The notes below the pieces were generated by a model, which made no database searches, had not been told where the DNA came from, and was given only the letters and a program-made list of their open reading frames with translations. Positions 39,113-49,199 of a stretch of 64,000 nucleotides of DNA are shown one piece after another. A program made the position numbers and the translations under genes. This stretch comes from Methanobacteriota archaeon. GTDB lineage: Archaea > Halobacteriota > Methanomicrobia > Methanomicrobiales > Methanoculleaceae. How positions within the stretch are numbered: position 1 is the first letter of the stretch; each line of letters begins with the position of its first letter. Location: NCBI GenBank assembly GCA_030446015.1, contig JASUSO010000002.1, forward strand, positions 1,925-65,924, written 5' to 3'.

Positions 39113-39141
39113 GCTACGCTACTGATGAATGATGACGGAGC
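39113..39141 (+). ncRNA. Putative K-loop (box D/box C) cis-element in the rpl7ae 5' UTR
   Basis: CTGA (39122-39125), then TGA, then ATGATGA (39129-39135), closed by GCTACG/CGGAGC pairing. Confidence 0.6.
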
Positions 39142-39172
39142 AGCAGAGGGCTGCCCCCGAAAGAGGTGAGTT

Positions 39173-39541
39173 ATGGCAAAGGCATACGTAAAATTCGAGA
39201 TTCCGGAAGAGATCCAGAATAAGGCCCTTGAAGCCCTTGAGATCGCAAGAGATACCGGCAAGGTGAAGAAGGGGTCCAACGAGGCGACAAAAGCAGTCGA
39301 GCGCAACATTGCCCAGCTGGTTCTCATCGGTTCGGACGTTGAGCCAGAAGAAATTGTGATGCATCTGCCGCCGCTCTGCGACGAGAAGCAGATCCCGTTC
39401 GTCTACATCAGCAAGCAGAACGACATCGGCTCCGCGAGCGGCCTCGAGGTCGGCTCGGCAGCCGCCGCGATCGTCAAGGCCGGCAAGGCGAAGGAACTCG
39501 TCGAAGAGATCGCAAAGCAGATTGCTGCACTGAGAGCGTGA
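39173..39541 (+). CDS. rpl7ae: 50S ribosomal protein L7Ae
   Basis: [13 protein letters not shown] and [18 protein letters not shown] motifs. Confidence 0.96.
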   Translation: MAKAYVKFEIPEEIQNKALEALEIARDTGKVKKGSNEATKAVERNIAQLVLIGSDVEPEEIVMHLPPLCDEKQIPFVYISKQNDIGSASGLEVGSAAAAIVKAGKAKELVEEIAKQIAALRA

Positions 39542-39549
39542 GGTAGATC

Positions 39550-39759
39550 ATGGCAAACGACGGAACGCCCGCAGAAGTTATCGAGATCATCGGCATGACC
39601 GGGATGCATGGCGAAGCCCAGCAGGTCAAGTGCCGGGTTCTCGACGGCCCGAACAAGGGGCGGATCATCACCCGCAACACGGTGGGCCCGATCAGGGAGG
39701 GGGACATCCTTTCGCTGCTCGAGACCGAACGTGAAGCGAAGAAGCTCTCGAGGCGGTAA
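39550..39759 (+). CDS. rps28e: 30S ribosomal protein S28e
   Basis: [16 protein letters not shown]...[21 protein letters not shown]. Confidence 0.96.
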   Translation: MANDGTPAEVIEIIGMTGMHGEAQQVKCRVLDGPNKGRIITRNTVGPIREGDILSLLETEREAKKLSRR

Positions 39760-39761
39760 CC

Positions 39762-39953
39762 ATGGTCGACAAGTACGTCTGCAGTTTCTGCGGAGAGGTC
39801 CTGGAGCCCGGAACCGGCAAGATGTTCGTCAAGAAGGACGGGACCATCTACTACTTCTGCAGCACCAAGTGCCAGAACAACTACAGGCTCGGCCGGGTGC
39901 CGCGCCGCGTCGAGTGGACTGCGGCCGGGCGGAAAGCCCGCGGTAAAGAGTGA
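39762..39953 (+). CDS. rpl24e: 50S ribosomal protein L24e
   Basis: CSFCG...PGTGKMFV...FCSTKC...PRRVEWT. Confidence 0.96.
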   Translation: MVDKYVCSFCGEVLEPGTGKMFVKKDGTIYYFCSTKCQNNYRLGRVPRRVEWTAAGRKARGKE

Positions 39954-39958
39954 TCGGG

Positions 39959-40408
39959 ATGGAGCGCACCTTCGTGATGATCAAGCCCGACGGCGTCCAG
40001 CGCGGACTCGTCGGGGAGATCGTCTCCCGTTTCGAGGCGAAGGGCCTCAAACTCGTCGGGGCGAAACTCGAACTCCTCCCCGAGGAGCGGGTCGTCGAGC
40101 AGTACCGCGAACACCTGGAGAAGCCCTTCTTCCCGGGCCTTAAGGCCTACATCATGAGCGGACCCTGCTTCCTGATGGCATGGGAGGGGAAGGGCGCCGT
40201 CGCGGTCGTCCGCAGGATGGTCGGCGCCACCAACCCCGCGGAAGCTGCACCGGGCTCCATCCGCGGCGACTTCGCGCTCGATATCGGGCGGAACGTGATC
40301 CACGCGTCCGATTCCCCCGAGAGCGCCGCCCGGGAACTCGGCATCCACTTCGCGGCGGGTGAACTGGTCGACTACTCCCGGATCGACGAGCCCGTCCTCT
40401 ACGAGTGA
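39959..40408 (+). CDS. ndk: Nucleoside diphosphate kinase
   Basis: [23 protein letters not shown] and NVIHASDS motifs. Confidence 0.95.
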   Translation: MERTFVMIKPDGVQRGLVGEIVSRFEAKGLKLVGAKLELLPEERVVEQYREHLEKPFFPGLKAYIMSGPCFLMAWEGKGAVAVVRRMVGATNPAEAAPGSIRGDFALDIGRNVIHASDSPESAARELGIHFAAGELVDYSRIDEPVLYE

Positions 40409-40652
40409 GCGGTGGGACCGCCGGAGTCCGGCGGAACCGATTCTTTTTCTTGAATGATCTGTTGTGGAGCGTAGAGGGTTTACCGTACACCACCCGAGCC
40501 GCGAAAACCGCCCGCACCGGAAATAACCCGGCACAGTCGAGCCCTTCATCGGAAACATCCTTCACAAAAGAGGATTTCGAAAGCAATGGATTATCTATCC
40601 TCCCACCGAACCACAAATACTAATACCAGACCTCCCGCATACGTGAGTATAA

Positions 40653-41324
40653 ATGGCTGATCTCCTGAGTTTTGCGCTGCTGAGCTTCTCTTCGATCCTC
40701 ATCGTAGTGAACCCGCTCGCAGCCACCCTGATCTTCGTCTCCCTCACCGGCACGATGGATCAGGCGGCAAAAATCAGGGTCGCGCGTGACGCAAGCCGGT
40801 TCGCACTGGTCATCCTGCTGCTCTTCACCTTTGCGGGCGGCTGGATCCTGCAGCTCTTCGGCATCTCCATCGAGGCGTTCCGCATCGCAGGCGGGCTCCT
40901 CCTCTTCGGCATAGGCATGGACATGGTCTACGCGAAGACGTCCCGGACGAAGATGACGGCCACCGAGAAGTACGAAGGCCAGGACGCGGACGACATCGCC
41001 ATCATGCCGCTCGCGATCCCGATGATCACAGGCCCCGGCGCCATCACCTCGGCAATCGTGCTGATGAACGAGGCGATGAGCATGGATGCGGAGGTGGGCA
41101 TGAACCTCGTCGCAATCGCCGTCGTCCCGCTCGCTGCCGTTACGGCCATCGGGATCACCTACTACATGATGCAGAACGCCGACCTCATCGTCCGGCGCAT
41201 CGGCCAGCGGGAGTACCGCGCCGTCAACCGGCTGATGGGAATGCTGCTCATCGCGATCGCAGTCCAGTTCATCATCATCGGCATCAGAACCGCTTTCCCC
41301 ATACTCACCGGAGGTACTGCATGA
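40653..41324 (+). CDS. MarC family membrane protein
   Basis: VNPL, AFRIAGG and PLAIPMITGPGAI motifs. Confidence 0.88.
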   Translation: MADLLSFALLSFSSILIVVNPLAATLIFVSLTGTMDQAAKIRVARDASRFALVILLLFTFAGGWILQLFGISIEAFRIAGGLLLFGIGMDMVYAKTSRTKMTATEKYEGQDADDIAIMPLAIPMITGPGAITSAIVLMNEAMSMDAEVGMNLVAIAVVPLAAVTAIGITYYMMQNADLIVRRIGQREYRAVNRLMGMLLIAIAVQFIIIGIRTAFPILTGGTA

Positions 41325-41527
41325 CATACGACCTTACGCTTCCCGGAGCCGCCCTGGTCAGCACCTGCATCATTGCAGGCGGGATCCTGATCGCGGCGCA
41401 GATCTTCGCTGTCGATATCCCGTTCACCCCGTATATCATGGTGATGCTCGCCGTGCTCGTCGTCCTCGGCGCCGCCATGCTCATCTTCTCCTGCAGGGGT
41501 CAGGAGATAAGCCCGTCTCAGGAATGA
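41321..41527 (+). CDS. Small two-TM hypothetical protein
   Basis: Two hydrophobic helices; ATGA overlaps with both neighbours. Confidence 0.7.
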   Translation: MTYDLTLPGAALVSTCIIAGGILIAAQIFAVDIPFTPYIMVMLAVLVVLGAAMLIFSCRGQEISPSQE

Positions 41528-42321
41528 CGAGGATAACGCTTGCGCAGATCGCCAACAGCCCCGGCAGCCCTGCGGAGAGGCTCGAGGCTGCCGCCCGGAT
41601 GGCCGCCGATGCCGCGGCGGCGGGAGCATCGCTCATCTGCTTTCCCGAGCAGTTCGTGACCGGATGGTCGCCGAAGATCCCGCCGGGCTCCGGCGAACCC
41701 CTGGACGGCCCGCTCACCGCCGCGTTTGCCCGGATAGCCAGGGAGAACGGTATCGCGGTCGCGGGATCGATCGTCGAAGCGGGACCGGAGGGGCGCCCGA
41801 AGAACACCGTCGTCGTGCTCGGAAAAGACGGGGGACGCCTCGCCGCATACGCGAAGATCCACCTCTTCTCCCCCGATGGGGAGGACCGGCACTACGCCGC
41901 AGGCGACCGGATCGCCACGTTCACCGTCGACGGGACGACGTTCGGGGTTGCCGTCTGCTACGACCTGCGGTTCCCGGAACTCTTCCGGGTCTACGCCATG
42001 GCCGGCGTCGAGTGCATGCTGGTCCCGGCGGCATGGCCGTGCATCCGGCTCTCGCACTGGGAGACCCTGCTCCCCGCGCGGGCTCTCGAGAACCGGTACT
42101 ACGTGGCCGGGATCAACACGGCCGGCCGGCCGGGCGCGCCCTACTGCGGGGGGTCGCTCGCCGCCGATCCCGACGGCACCGTCATCGGCCGATGCGGGGC
42201 CGGAGAAGAGGCCGTCACCGTCGAGGTCGATCCAGCGGCGGTTCATGATGCCCGGTCCACCCTCCCTTCACTTTCAGACCGCAGAAGTGACCTTTATCAC
42301 AGACTGCTCTCTAAATTTTAG
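41524..42321 (+). CDS. Carbon-nitrogen hydrolase (nitrilase family)
   Basis: FPE, YAKIHLF and CYDLRFPE (Glu-Lys-Cys triad). Confidence 0.9.
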   Translation: MTRITLAQIANSPGSPAERLEAAARMAADAAAAGASLICFPEQFVTGWSPKIPPGSGEPLDGPLTAAFARIARENGIAVAGSIVEAGPEGRPKNTVVVLGKDGGRLAAYAKIHLFSPDGEDRHYAAGDRIATFTVDGTTFGVAVCYDLRFPELFRVYAMAGVECMLVPAAWPCIRLSHWETLLPARALENRYYVAGINTAGRPGAPYCGGSLAADPDGTVIGRCGAGEEAVTVEVDPAAVHDARSTLPSLSDRRSDLYHRLLSKF

Positions 42322-42330
42322 AGATTTCCC

Positions 42331-43074
42331 ATGCGGGGTGACCAGCATGCATCGCTCAGTCTCGCAACGACAGCGCTCCTCATCGCTCCCTGGGCCACCG
42401 TCATCGACCCGTCCGTGATCGCCGTCCTCTTCTTCGGCGTCTTCGTCGGATCGCTTGCCCCGGACGCCGACGCCGTCGATGCTGCGATATTCAACGGCAG
42501 AATTGCCGGCGCGAAAGGGAAGAGAGGGCAGGTCGTAAATGGTTTTGCCGTGATCCTCCCGATCTTCGGCTATACCATCAGGTATCTCATCTACTACCCG
42601 CTCTCCCTCGTCTTCATGCTCCTCCTCCGGAAGAGTTACCGGCACAGGCACCGCGGGCTGCTCCACTCGTTCTCAGGCGTCGCGCTGACGGCACTCGCCC
42701 TCTCCGGCTACCTGGCACTCATCCTCACATGGCTAGGGAGCTCACTCGCGCTCCTCCCGGCGTTCGGGTGCGCATTCTTTGCGGGGTGCATCCTCCACCT
42801 CGTGGAGGACACCTGCACCCCGGCCGGGGTGGCCTGGCTCTACCCCTTCTCCCGGCGGCGGGTGGCCGGCCGCATCAGGTGCCAGGGGGCCTTTGAGGTG
42901 CGTCCTGCAGCCTTCGCCGTCGTGCTCGCCGTAGCGGCGGCCGGGATGTTTATTGCGCCGTTCGTGACCGCCATCCCGGTCGAGAAACTTGGATCCCTCG
43001 CGCTCGTCGCCGCCCCCGCCCTCTGGCTGCTCTTCCTGCTCGTCTCCCGCGTTCGGCCCGAACGGCGGCGGTAA
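42331..43074 (+). CDS. Membrane metal-dependent hydrolase (YdjM-like)
   Basis: H..., GSLAPDAD, HRGLLHS and HLVEDTCTPAG motifs. Confidence 0.82.
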   Translation: MRGDQHASLSLATTALLIAPWATVIDPSVIAVLFFGVFVGSLAPDADAVDAAIFNGRIAGAKGKRGQVVNGFAVILPIFGYTIRYLIYYPLSLVFMLLLRKSYRHRHRGLLHSFSGVALTALALSGYLALILTWLGSSLALLPAFGCAFFAGCILHLVEDTCTPAGVAWLYPFSRRRVAGRIRCQGAFEVRPAAFAVVLAVAAAGMFIAPFVTAIPVEKLGSLALVAAPALWLLFLLVSRVRPERRR

Positions 43075-43133
43075 ACAGAGCGCCCCGGAACCCATAGCAT
43101 ATCTATACGTATCCGCGCGATCAACGATTCTCT

Positions 43134-44339
43134 ATGTACCGTCTCGTCTGCGTTCATTGTGGTGCAACCTACTCACCGGACCAGATCATCTATACGTGCA
43201 ACCGCTGCGGACACCTGCTGACCGTCGAATACGACCTTGACGGCATCGACGTCTCACGCGACGAATGGAACCGGCGCCCCCTCTCGGTCTGGCGCTACCG
43301 CGAACTCCTCCCGGTTCGAGGCGAACCGGTCTCCCTCCAGGAAGGAGGAACCCCGCTCTACCACCTAAAGACCATCGGCAAAGAGCTGGGTCTCCCCGAA
43401 CTCTACGCAAAACACGAAGGGATGAACCCGACCGGTTCGTTCAAGGACCGCGGCATGACCGTGGGCGTCAGCATGGCCCGCGAACTCGGGATGAAGAGCG
43501 TCGCCTGCGCGAGCACCGGGAACACCTCCGCAAGCCTGGCCGCCTACGCGGCAAAGGGCGGCATCCCCTGCGTCGTTCTCCTGCCCGCGGGGAAGGTCGC
43601 TCTCGGGAAGGTCGCCCAGGCGCTGATGCACGGCGCCCGGGTCATCTCCATCCGCGGCAACTTCGATCGGGCGCTCGAGATGGTACACGAGCTCTGCATC
43701 AGCCACGGCCTCTACCTCTTGAACTCGGTCAACCCCTATCGGCTTGAGGGACAGAAGACGATCGGGTTCGAGGCAATCGACCAGCTCGGCGGCGAGGTGC
43801 CCGACCGGATGGTCCTCCCGGTCGGAAACGCAGGGAACATCTCCGCGGTCTACAAAGGGCTTCGCGAGCTCGAGGCGCTCGGGTTCATCGACCGGCTGCC
43901 GATGATGACCGGCATCCAGGCTGCGGGGTCCGCACCCGTGGTGAAGGCAATCGAGCAGAACCTCGATGTACTGGTGCCGGAGGCCGCGCCCGAGACCATC
44001 GCGACCGCGATACGGATCGGCGCCCCGGTGAACGCGGAGAAGGCGCTCGTCGCCATACGGGAGACAGGCGGGACGGCGGCATCCGTGACCGACGAGGAGA
44101 TCCTCGCCATGCAGCGCGACCTTGCGAGGAAGGAGGGGATCGGGGTCGAACCCGCCTCGGCAGCCTCGGTCGCCGGAATACGGAAACTTGCCGAACTCGG
44201 CCTGATCGATAAGGATGAACGGATCGTCTGCGTGGTGACCGGTCATCTCCTGAAAGATCCCGAAACAGTGGTACGACAATGCGAGCCCCCCACCGAGATC
44301 GACGCGGACCTGCCCTCGCTGCTCTCTGCCTTGCGCTGA
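43134..44339 (+). CDS. thrC: Threonine synthase
   Basis: NPTGSFKDRG (PLP Lys), ASTGNTSAS and PVGNAGN motifs. Confidence 0.93.
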   Translation: MYRLVCVHCGATYSPDQIIYTCNRCGHLLTVEYDLDGIDVSRDEWNRRPLSVWRYRELLPVRGEPVSLQEGGTPLYHLKTIGKELGLPELYAKHEGMNPTGSFKDRGMTVGVSMARELGMKSVACASTGNTSASLAAYAAKGGIPCVVLLPAGKVALGKVAQALMHGARVISIRGNFDRALEMVHELCISHGLYLLNSVNPYRLEGQKTIGFEAIDQLGGEVPDRMVLPVGNAGNISAVYKGLRELEALGFIDRLPMMTGIQAAGSAPVVKAIEQNLDVLVPEAAPETIATAIRIGAPVNAEKALVAIRETGGTAASVTDEEILAMQRDLARKEGIGVEPASAASVAGIRKLAELGLIDKDERIVCVVTGHLLKDPETVVRQCEPPTEIDADLPSLLSALR

Positions 44340-44893
44340 TCCTGCTCTGCGCCCCGGCGGCGGCAGAAGAGGCCGTCGTCCGGGTGCTCCCCGACGGCAC
44401 CGCCTACGAGGCCACGATCACGGTCACGGGGAGCGAGTACACCTTCTGGACGCCGGGGATGCTCGGAGAGCGGGTTCCCCTCCAGGTCGAGGCTCTCGAG
44501 GTGCTCGGGTCCACGGGCCCGGTCGAGTACCAGGACGCGGGGAGAGGCGTCATCACCTTCCCGGAGGGGAACTACACGATCACCTTCCGGGCTCCCGTGA
44601 GGGATAACCACCTTGTCATGGCCTTCGATACGCCGTACGCCGTGACCGTCGACCTGCCCGGGGACTTCGACGTCAAAAACCCGCTCATCGGCATGGTCAG
44701 CCCCGGCGCCGAGATCTCGAGCGGCCCAAACGGAACCACAGAGATCGCCTGGGATCAGATACGCCTCGTCGAGGTCCGCTTCTACACCCCGGAGCGCGAG
44801 ATCCTGCTCACCACCTTCGGCACCATATGGATCGCGGTCGCGGTCGTCCTGATCCTCCCCTACCTCGTCTCGCGCAAGAGGGGCGGCGAATGA
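44279..44893 (+). CDS. Exported protein with a C-terminal TM (DUF5803-like)
   Basis: Signal-like LAALCLALILLCAPAAA; NPLIGMVSPG; C-terminal TM followed by basic residues. Confidence 0.7.
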   Translation: MRAPHRDRRGPALAALCLALILLCAPAAAEEAVVRVLPDGTAYEATITVTGSEYTFWTPGMLGERVPLQVEALEVLGSTGPVEYQDAGRGVITFPEGNYTITFRAPVRDNHLVMAFDTPYAVTVDLPGDFDVKNPLIGMVSPGAEISSGPNGTTEIAWDQIRLVEVRFYTPEREILLTTFGTIWIAVAVVLILPYLVSRKRGGE

Positions 44894-45465
44894 TCGAGAT
44901 CGTCGCCGCATCGTTCCTGATCGGGTTCTCCGGGGCCGCCTCGCCCGGCCCCATGACCGCCTCGGTCATTGGCCTTGGGTCGCGGCCGCCCGGCCGGTTC
45001 GTCGCGGGGCTGGTCGCGGGGCACGGGATACCCGAGGCCGCCATGGTCGCGGCCATAGCCTTCGGCGTGCGCGACATCCCGCATATCGACCTCGTCGCCC
45101 TTCTCGGCTCGGGCGTCCTGGTCGCGCTCGGTGCGCTGCAGTTCCTTCGTGCGGGAGAGGCCGTCGCCGCGACCAATGAGACGAAGACCCCGGTTGCCTT
45201 CGGGCTCGCCTGCACGCTCGGCAACCCCTACTGGTGGGTCTGGTGGCTCACGTTCGGCGTCGGGTTTCTCGCACTCCACCCGGCGTTCGTCGAGTTCTAC
45301 GTCGGGCATATCGGCGCAGATATCGTCTGGCTCGGGCTCCTTGCCGTTGCGGTCTCACGGGGAGCGAACGTTCTCGGCCCCCATTACAAAAAAGTAGTGC
45401 AGGCGAGCGGACTCGCCATGGTCCTCTTCGGGCTGTACTTTATTCTGACGATTCTTTCCGCTTGA
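44890..45465 (+). CDS. LysE family transporter
   Basis: [22 protein letters not shown] and GHIGAD motifs. Confidence 0.82.
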   Translation: MIEIVAASFLIGFSGAASPGPMTASVIGLGSRPPGRFVAGLVAGHGIPEAAMVAAIAFGVRDIPHIDLVALLGSGVLVALGALQFLRAGEAVAATNETKTPVAFGLACTLGNPYWWVWWLTFGVGFLALHPAFVEFYVGHIGADIVWLGLLAVAVSRGANVLGPHYKKVVQASGLAMVLFGLYFILTILSA

Positions 45466-46363
45466 TATCGATTCCGAACCGCTCGGCGTTGGCATCGGCG
45501 ATCGCCTGAATCTGCGCGATCATGTCATCCTGACGGGTGGGCTTGAAGAGGTGGCGGAACCGCTTCTGCTTTGCGAGGTACTCCTCGACCGGCTTGCGCC
45601 GCACCTTCTTTGCCTTCTCGACCACACCGTTGACCATCTCGTAGTTCACCCAGAGACCGGTCTCGATGGCGAGCTTGCCCATGGCAAGCGTCTCGCCGGC
45701 CTCAAAGCCCCACCCCGTGCAGCAGGGGGTGTGCACCTGGATGTAGCAGGGGCCGGGGGTATTGATCGCCCGCTCGACCTTCTGGACGAAGTCGTTCGGG
45801 TAGGCGATCGAGGCGGTCGCGACGTAGGGCGCGCCGTGAGCGGCGAGGATCGCCGGCATGTCCTTCTTACGGTGGATGTTGCCGAGCGAGCATGATCCTG
45901 CCGGGCTCGTCGTGGTGCTCGCGCCGTAGGGCGTCGCACCCGACCGCTGGATGCCCGTGTTCATGTAGGCCTCGTTGTCGTAGCAGATGTAGGTGATGTC
46001 ATGGCCCCGCTCGAAGGCGCCGCTGATGCAGAGGACCCCGATATCGAACGTGGCTCCGTCACCGCAGACACAGACGACTTTTTCGCTGCGTCCCTGCCTC
46101 TTCAACGACGCCTCAATGCCCGAGGCTACCGCCGCAGCGTTCTCGAAGAGCGAGTGGATCCAGGGGACCCCCCACGCGGTCTCGGGATACGGCGTGGAGA
46201 AGACCTCCATGCACCCCGTCGAGGCCACCAGAATCGCGTTCTTACCGGTCGCCTTGAGGAGGAGACGGGCGGCAAGTGCCGGACCGCATCCTCCGCATGC
46301 ACGGTGTCCGGCCGAGAAGAGCTCGCATCCTCCTTCTGCACATCCCCCTTCTACCTCAGCCAT
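45440..46363 (-). CDS. porB: Pyruvate/2-oxoacid:ferredoxin oxidoreductase beta subunit
   Basis: [17 protein letters not shown] and [10 protein letters not shown] (TPP-binding) motifs. Confidence 0.88.
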   Translation of the reverse strand: MAEVEGGCAEGGCELFSAGHRACGGCGPALAARLLLKATGKNAILVASTGCMEVFSTPYPETAWGVPWIHSLFENAAAVASGIEASLKRQGRSEKVVCVCGDGATFDIGVLCISGAFERGHDITYICYDNEAYMNTGIQRSGATPYGASTTTSPAGSCSLGNIHRKKDMPAILAAHGAPYVATASIAYPNDFVQKVERAINTPGPCYIQVHTPCCTGWGFEAGETLAMGKLAIETGLWVNYEMVNGVVEKAKKVRRKPVEEYLAKQKRFRHLFKPTRQDDMIAQIQAIADANAERFGIDIKRKESSE

Positions 46364-47518
46364 TCAGAGCACCTCCGTCCGTAGTCCATAGAACATATCT
46401 CCTTCTCCCTTCTCGGCGAGATCGACGACTGCGGCGATGTCCCGCTTGCGGACGTCGCGCCCTCCGAGGGCAATGATGTAGTCGTATACGGATATGCCGG
46501 AGCCGTAGAGCGCCGCCTTCACCTCGGTGCCGACCGCCCCGCCGCTCCCAAGCGAGATGTTCTTGTCGAGCACCGCGACCGTCGAGACGCCGCTCAGGGC
46601 GGCTGCGATCTCCTGGGCCGGGAAGGGCCGGAAGGTCCGGATCTTTAAGAGCCCGACTTTCTTCCCCGCGTCACGCATCTCGTCGATGGCGTCCTTTGCG
46701 GTGCCGCAGATGGAGCCCATGGCGACGAGCGCGGTATCGGCGTCCTCGAGCCGGTAGCCCTCGACGAGCGCGGAGTAGTCTCTCCCGAACTGCTCGCCGA
46801 ACTCGCGCCCGGCCTTGATGAACGCATCTTTCGCACGCTGCTGCGCCCGGTCGACCTCGTAGCGGAACTCCATGTAGTACTCGGGCGTCGCATACATCCC
46901 GAAACTCAGCGGGTTTTCCGCGTCCAGCCGCTGGTAGGGGTTGAAGGCCGGCAGGTAGGCGTCCACCTCTTCCTGGGTGGGTATGGCGACCGGCTCGTAG
47001 GTGTGCGAGAGGATGAACCCGTCGAAGCAGACGAACGCCGGGAGGAGGATGTCGTGGTCTTCACAGACCTTGTAGGCGATCATGTGGAGATCGACAGTCT
47101 CCTGGTTGTCTTCGGCGTAGAACTGCAGCCACCCGGAGTCGCGCAGCGATATCGAGTCCTGCTGGTCGTTCCAGATCGAGAGCGGCGCACCGAGCGAGCG
47201 GTTTGCAATCGTCATCACGATCGGCTGTCGCATCCCCGCCGCGTTGAAGCAGACCTCAAACATCAGGGCAAGCCCCTGGGAGGTCGTCGCAGAATAGACC
47301 CGGGAACCCGCCGCGCTCGCACCGAGGCAGGCGGAGAGGGCTGAGAACTCGCTCTCGACCGTGATGTACTCGGCATCGATCTCGCAGTTCGCCACCATCT
47401 GGGCGAGGTCTTCGACGATGTGCGTCTGCGGCGTGATGGGATAGGCTGCGATCACCTGCGGGCGGCAGCGTTTCACGATCTCGGCCACCGCATGTGACCC
47501 TTCCATAAACTCCAGCAT
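46364..47518 (-). CDS. porA: Pyruvate/2-oxoacid:ferredoxin oxidoreductase alpha subunit
   Basis: AYPITPQT, ESEFSA and ATTSQGL motifs. Start at MLEFMEG. Confidence 0.88.
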   Translation of the reverse strand: MLEFMEGSHAVAEIVKRCRPQVIAAYPITPQTHIVEDLAQMVANCEIDAEYITVESEFSALSACLGASAAGSRVYSATTSQGLALMFEVCFNAAGMRQPIVMTIANRSLGAPLSIWNDQQDSISLRDSGWLQFYAEDNQETVDLHMIAYKVCEDHDILLPAFVCFDGFILSHTYEPVAIPTQEEVDAYLPAFNPYQRLDAENPLSFGMYATPEYYMEFRYEVDRAQQRAKDAFIKAGREFGEQFGRDYSALVEGYRLEDADTALVAMGSICGTAKDAIDEMRDAGKKVGLLKIRTFRPFPAQEIAAALSGVSTVAVLDKNISLGSGGAVGTEVKAALYGSGISVYDYIIALGGRDVRKRDIAAVVDLAEKGEGDMFYGLRTEVL

Positions 47519-47778
47519 TATTTCTCCTCCTTCTCCATCCGGATGCTCTTCTTCGGGCAGACCTCCATGCAGATGCCGCAGCCCTTGCAGTAGTCGAGGT
47601 CGGGCTCGAACGTGCCCTCCTCGGTCTCGCGGACGCACCCTTCCGGACAGACCATGGCGCACATGCCGCACCGGCTGCACGTCTCGGGATCAAAGACCGG
47701 TTTGAAGACCCGCCAGGCGCCCGTTTTGTTATCACGCGCTCTTCCCGGCGGCGCGGCGCACCCGACCCGCAGCGCCAT
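47518..47778 (-). CDS. porD: Pyruvate/2-oxoacid:ferredoxin oxidoreductase delta subunit
   Basis: TGAWRVFKP, two CxxCxxCxxxCP motifs and DYCKGCGIC. Confidence 0.9.
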   Translation of the reverse strand: MALRVGCAAPPGRARDNKTGAWRVFKPVFDPETCSRCGMCAMVCPEGCVRETEEGTFEPDLDYCKGCGICMEVCPKKSIRMEKEEK

Positions 47779-48323
47779 TATGCAGCACCCCCGATCTGGT
47801 TGTACGCGCGTTCCGCGGCCTTGATGTTCTTGTCGGCCATGCTCCCGGAGAACCGTCGGCGCAGCGCGTTCTTGAGCGGCTCAAGTCCGATCTCTCCGGT
47901 GGCCGCGGCGAACGCGCCCATCAGGGTTGTATTGGTGATGGGCACGCCGAGTTCTTCGAGCGCGATGGTGGTCGCATCGATGGTATAGACCTTCACACCC
48001 TCAGGAACACGGGAGTCGAAGTCGGGCTTCTCTGTGTTGATGATGGCGATCCCGCCCGTGCTCATACCGTTGAAGACGTCGACATCCCCGATCAGGGTCG
48101 GGTCCTGCACGATGATGTAATCGGGTTCGTAGACCTGGCTGCGCAACCGTATCTTCTCATCGCTGAACCGGACGAACGCCTGAACCGGGGCGCCCCGGCG
48201 CTCCACGCCGAAGGCCGGGAATGCCTGGGAAAAGACACCTCCCTCGAATGCAGCGTAAGCGATGAGTTCAGCGGCGGTCACGGAGCCCTGACCACCCCTG
48301 CCGTGAATGCGTAACTCTCTCAA
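47778..48323 (-). CDS. porG: Pyruvate/2-oxoacid:ferredoxin oxidoreductase gamma subunit
   Basis: HGRGGQG and FGVERRGAPV motifs; TTG start. Confidence 0.88.
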   Translation of the reverse strand: MRELRIHGRGGQGSVTAAELIAYAAFEGGVFSQAFPAFGVERRGAPVQAFVRFSDEKIRLRSQVYEPDYIIVQDPTLIGDVDVFNGMSTGGIAIINTEKPDFDSRVPEGVKVYTIDATTIALEELGVPITNTTLMGAFAAATGEIGLEPLKNALRRRFSGSMADKNIKAAERAYNQIGGAA

Positions 48324-48479
48324 ACAAAAACCCCCTTTAAATCTTAATGATTAATAATATAAATACCCGGCACTCAACTGGGCGCACCGGAACCAATGAG
48401 CAGGCCAGAGCATCTGTTGCCACGCAGAGGAGATAATTTTTGCCGGTGCCGGGAAGAAGGGAGATGCAGCTACCGCCGA

Positions 48480-49097
48480 TCACTGGACGTTTGCAAGACG
48501 GCTCTGGAGTTCCTCGGCGGTGCAGTGCCGCACCTCCATCAGGGCCGAGACGATCGCGTCCGAGAAGACCAGCGCAGCGGTCTCAAAGAGCGTCCCGAGC
48601 GGGGCGAACGACCCGGAGACCGACCGATACTGTCCGGTGAGCTGGCGGATCTCGAAGTCGCGCGGGATATCCGCATCTTTGAGCCGGTTGTTCCCGATCT
48701 CGACGATACAGTCGGCCATGCGGCCGATACGCGAGTCGGTCGTCGCGGTGACGAGACAGATCTTCCCCCCGATCTCCCGGGCGGTCTCGCACGCGTCCAC
48801 GACCGACCGGGTCTCCCCGGACCCCGAGAACGCAACGAGAACATCCTCCGGACCGAACGCGGGCGTGATCGTCTCGCCGATGACGTAACTCTCGAACCCG
48901 AGATGCATCAGCCGCTGGGCGAACGCCCGCGCGACGAGGCCGGAGCGCCCGGCCCCGGCGAGATAAATCCGCTTCGCGCTGAGGAGCTCTTCAAGAAATC
49001 GGCCGGCGCTCTGCTGATCCACCGTGCGCGCCGCTTCCTCGAGACGCGACGTCATCAGGAGCATGAGATCGGCGATACTGGGGCATTCCTGCTGCAT
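48480..49097 (-). CDS. hxlB: 6-phospho-3-hexuloisomerase (SIS domain)
   Basis: GAGRSG, SGSGET and APLGTLFE motifs. Confidence 0.88.
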   Translation of the reverse strand: MQQECPSIADLMLLMTSRLEEAARTVDQQSAGRFLEELLSAKRIYLAGAGRSGLVARAFAQRLMHLGFESYVIGETITPAFGPEDVLVAFSGSGETRSVVDACETAREIGGKICLVTATTDSRIGRMADCIVEIGNNRLKDADIPRDFEIRQLTGQYRSVSGSFAPLGTLFETAALVFSDAIVSALMEVRHCTAEELQSRLANVQ

Positions 49098-49199
49098 GGT
49101 TCCGGCCTCTTCTCAATCCAATCCACTATACTACCCGGCACCACTTAAAAGAGTACGAAACCGGAGGGGCGCTCCCCCCGCCGGTCCGCCCGGGCGGGC

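Noticed and set aside
45440-45465. Convergent 26-nt overlap of the lysE and porB ends
   Set aside because: Short convergent overlaps are common in compact archaeal genomes, and nothing else supports a function.
47519-47680. Extended N-terminus of PorA (438-aa call)
   Set aside because: It overlaps porD in another frame. The true start is MLEFMEG at 47518.
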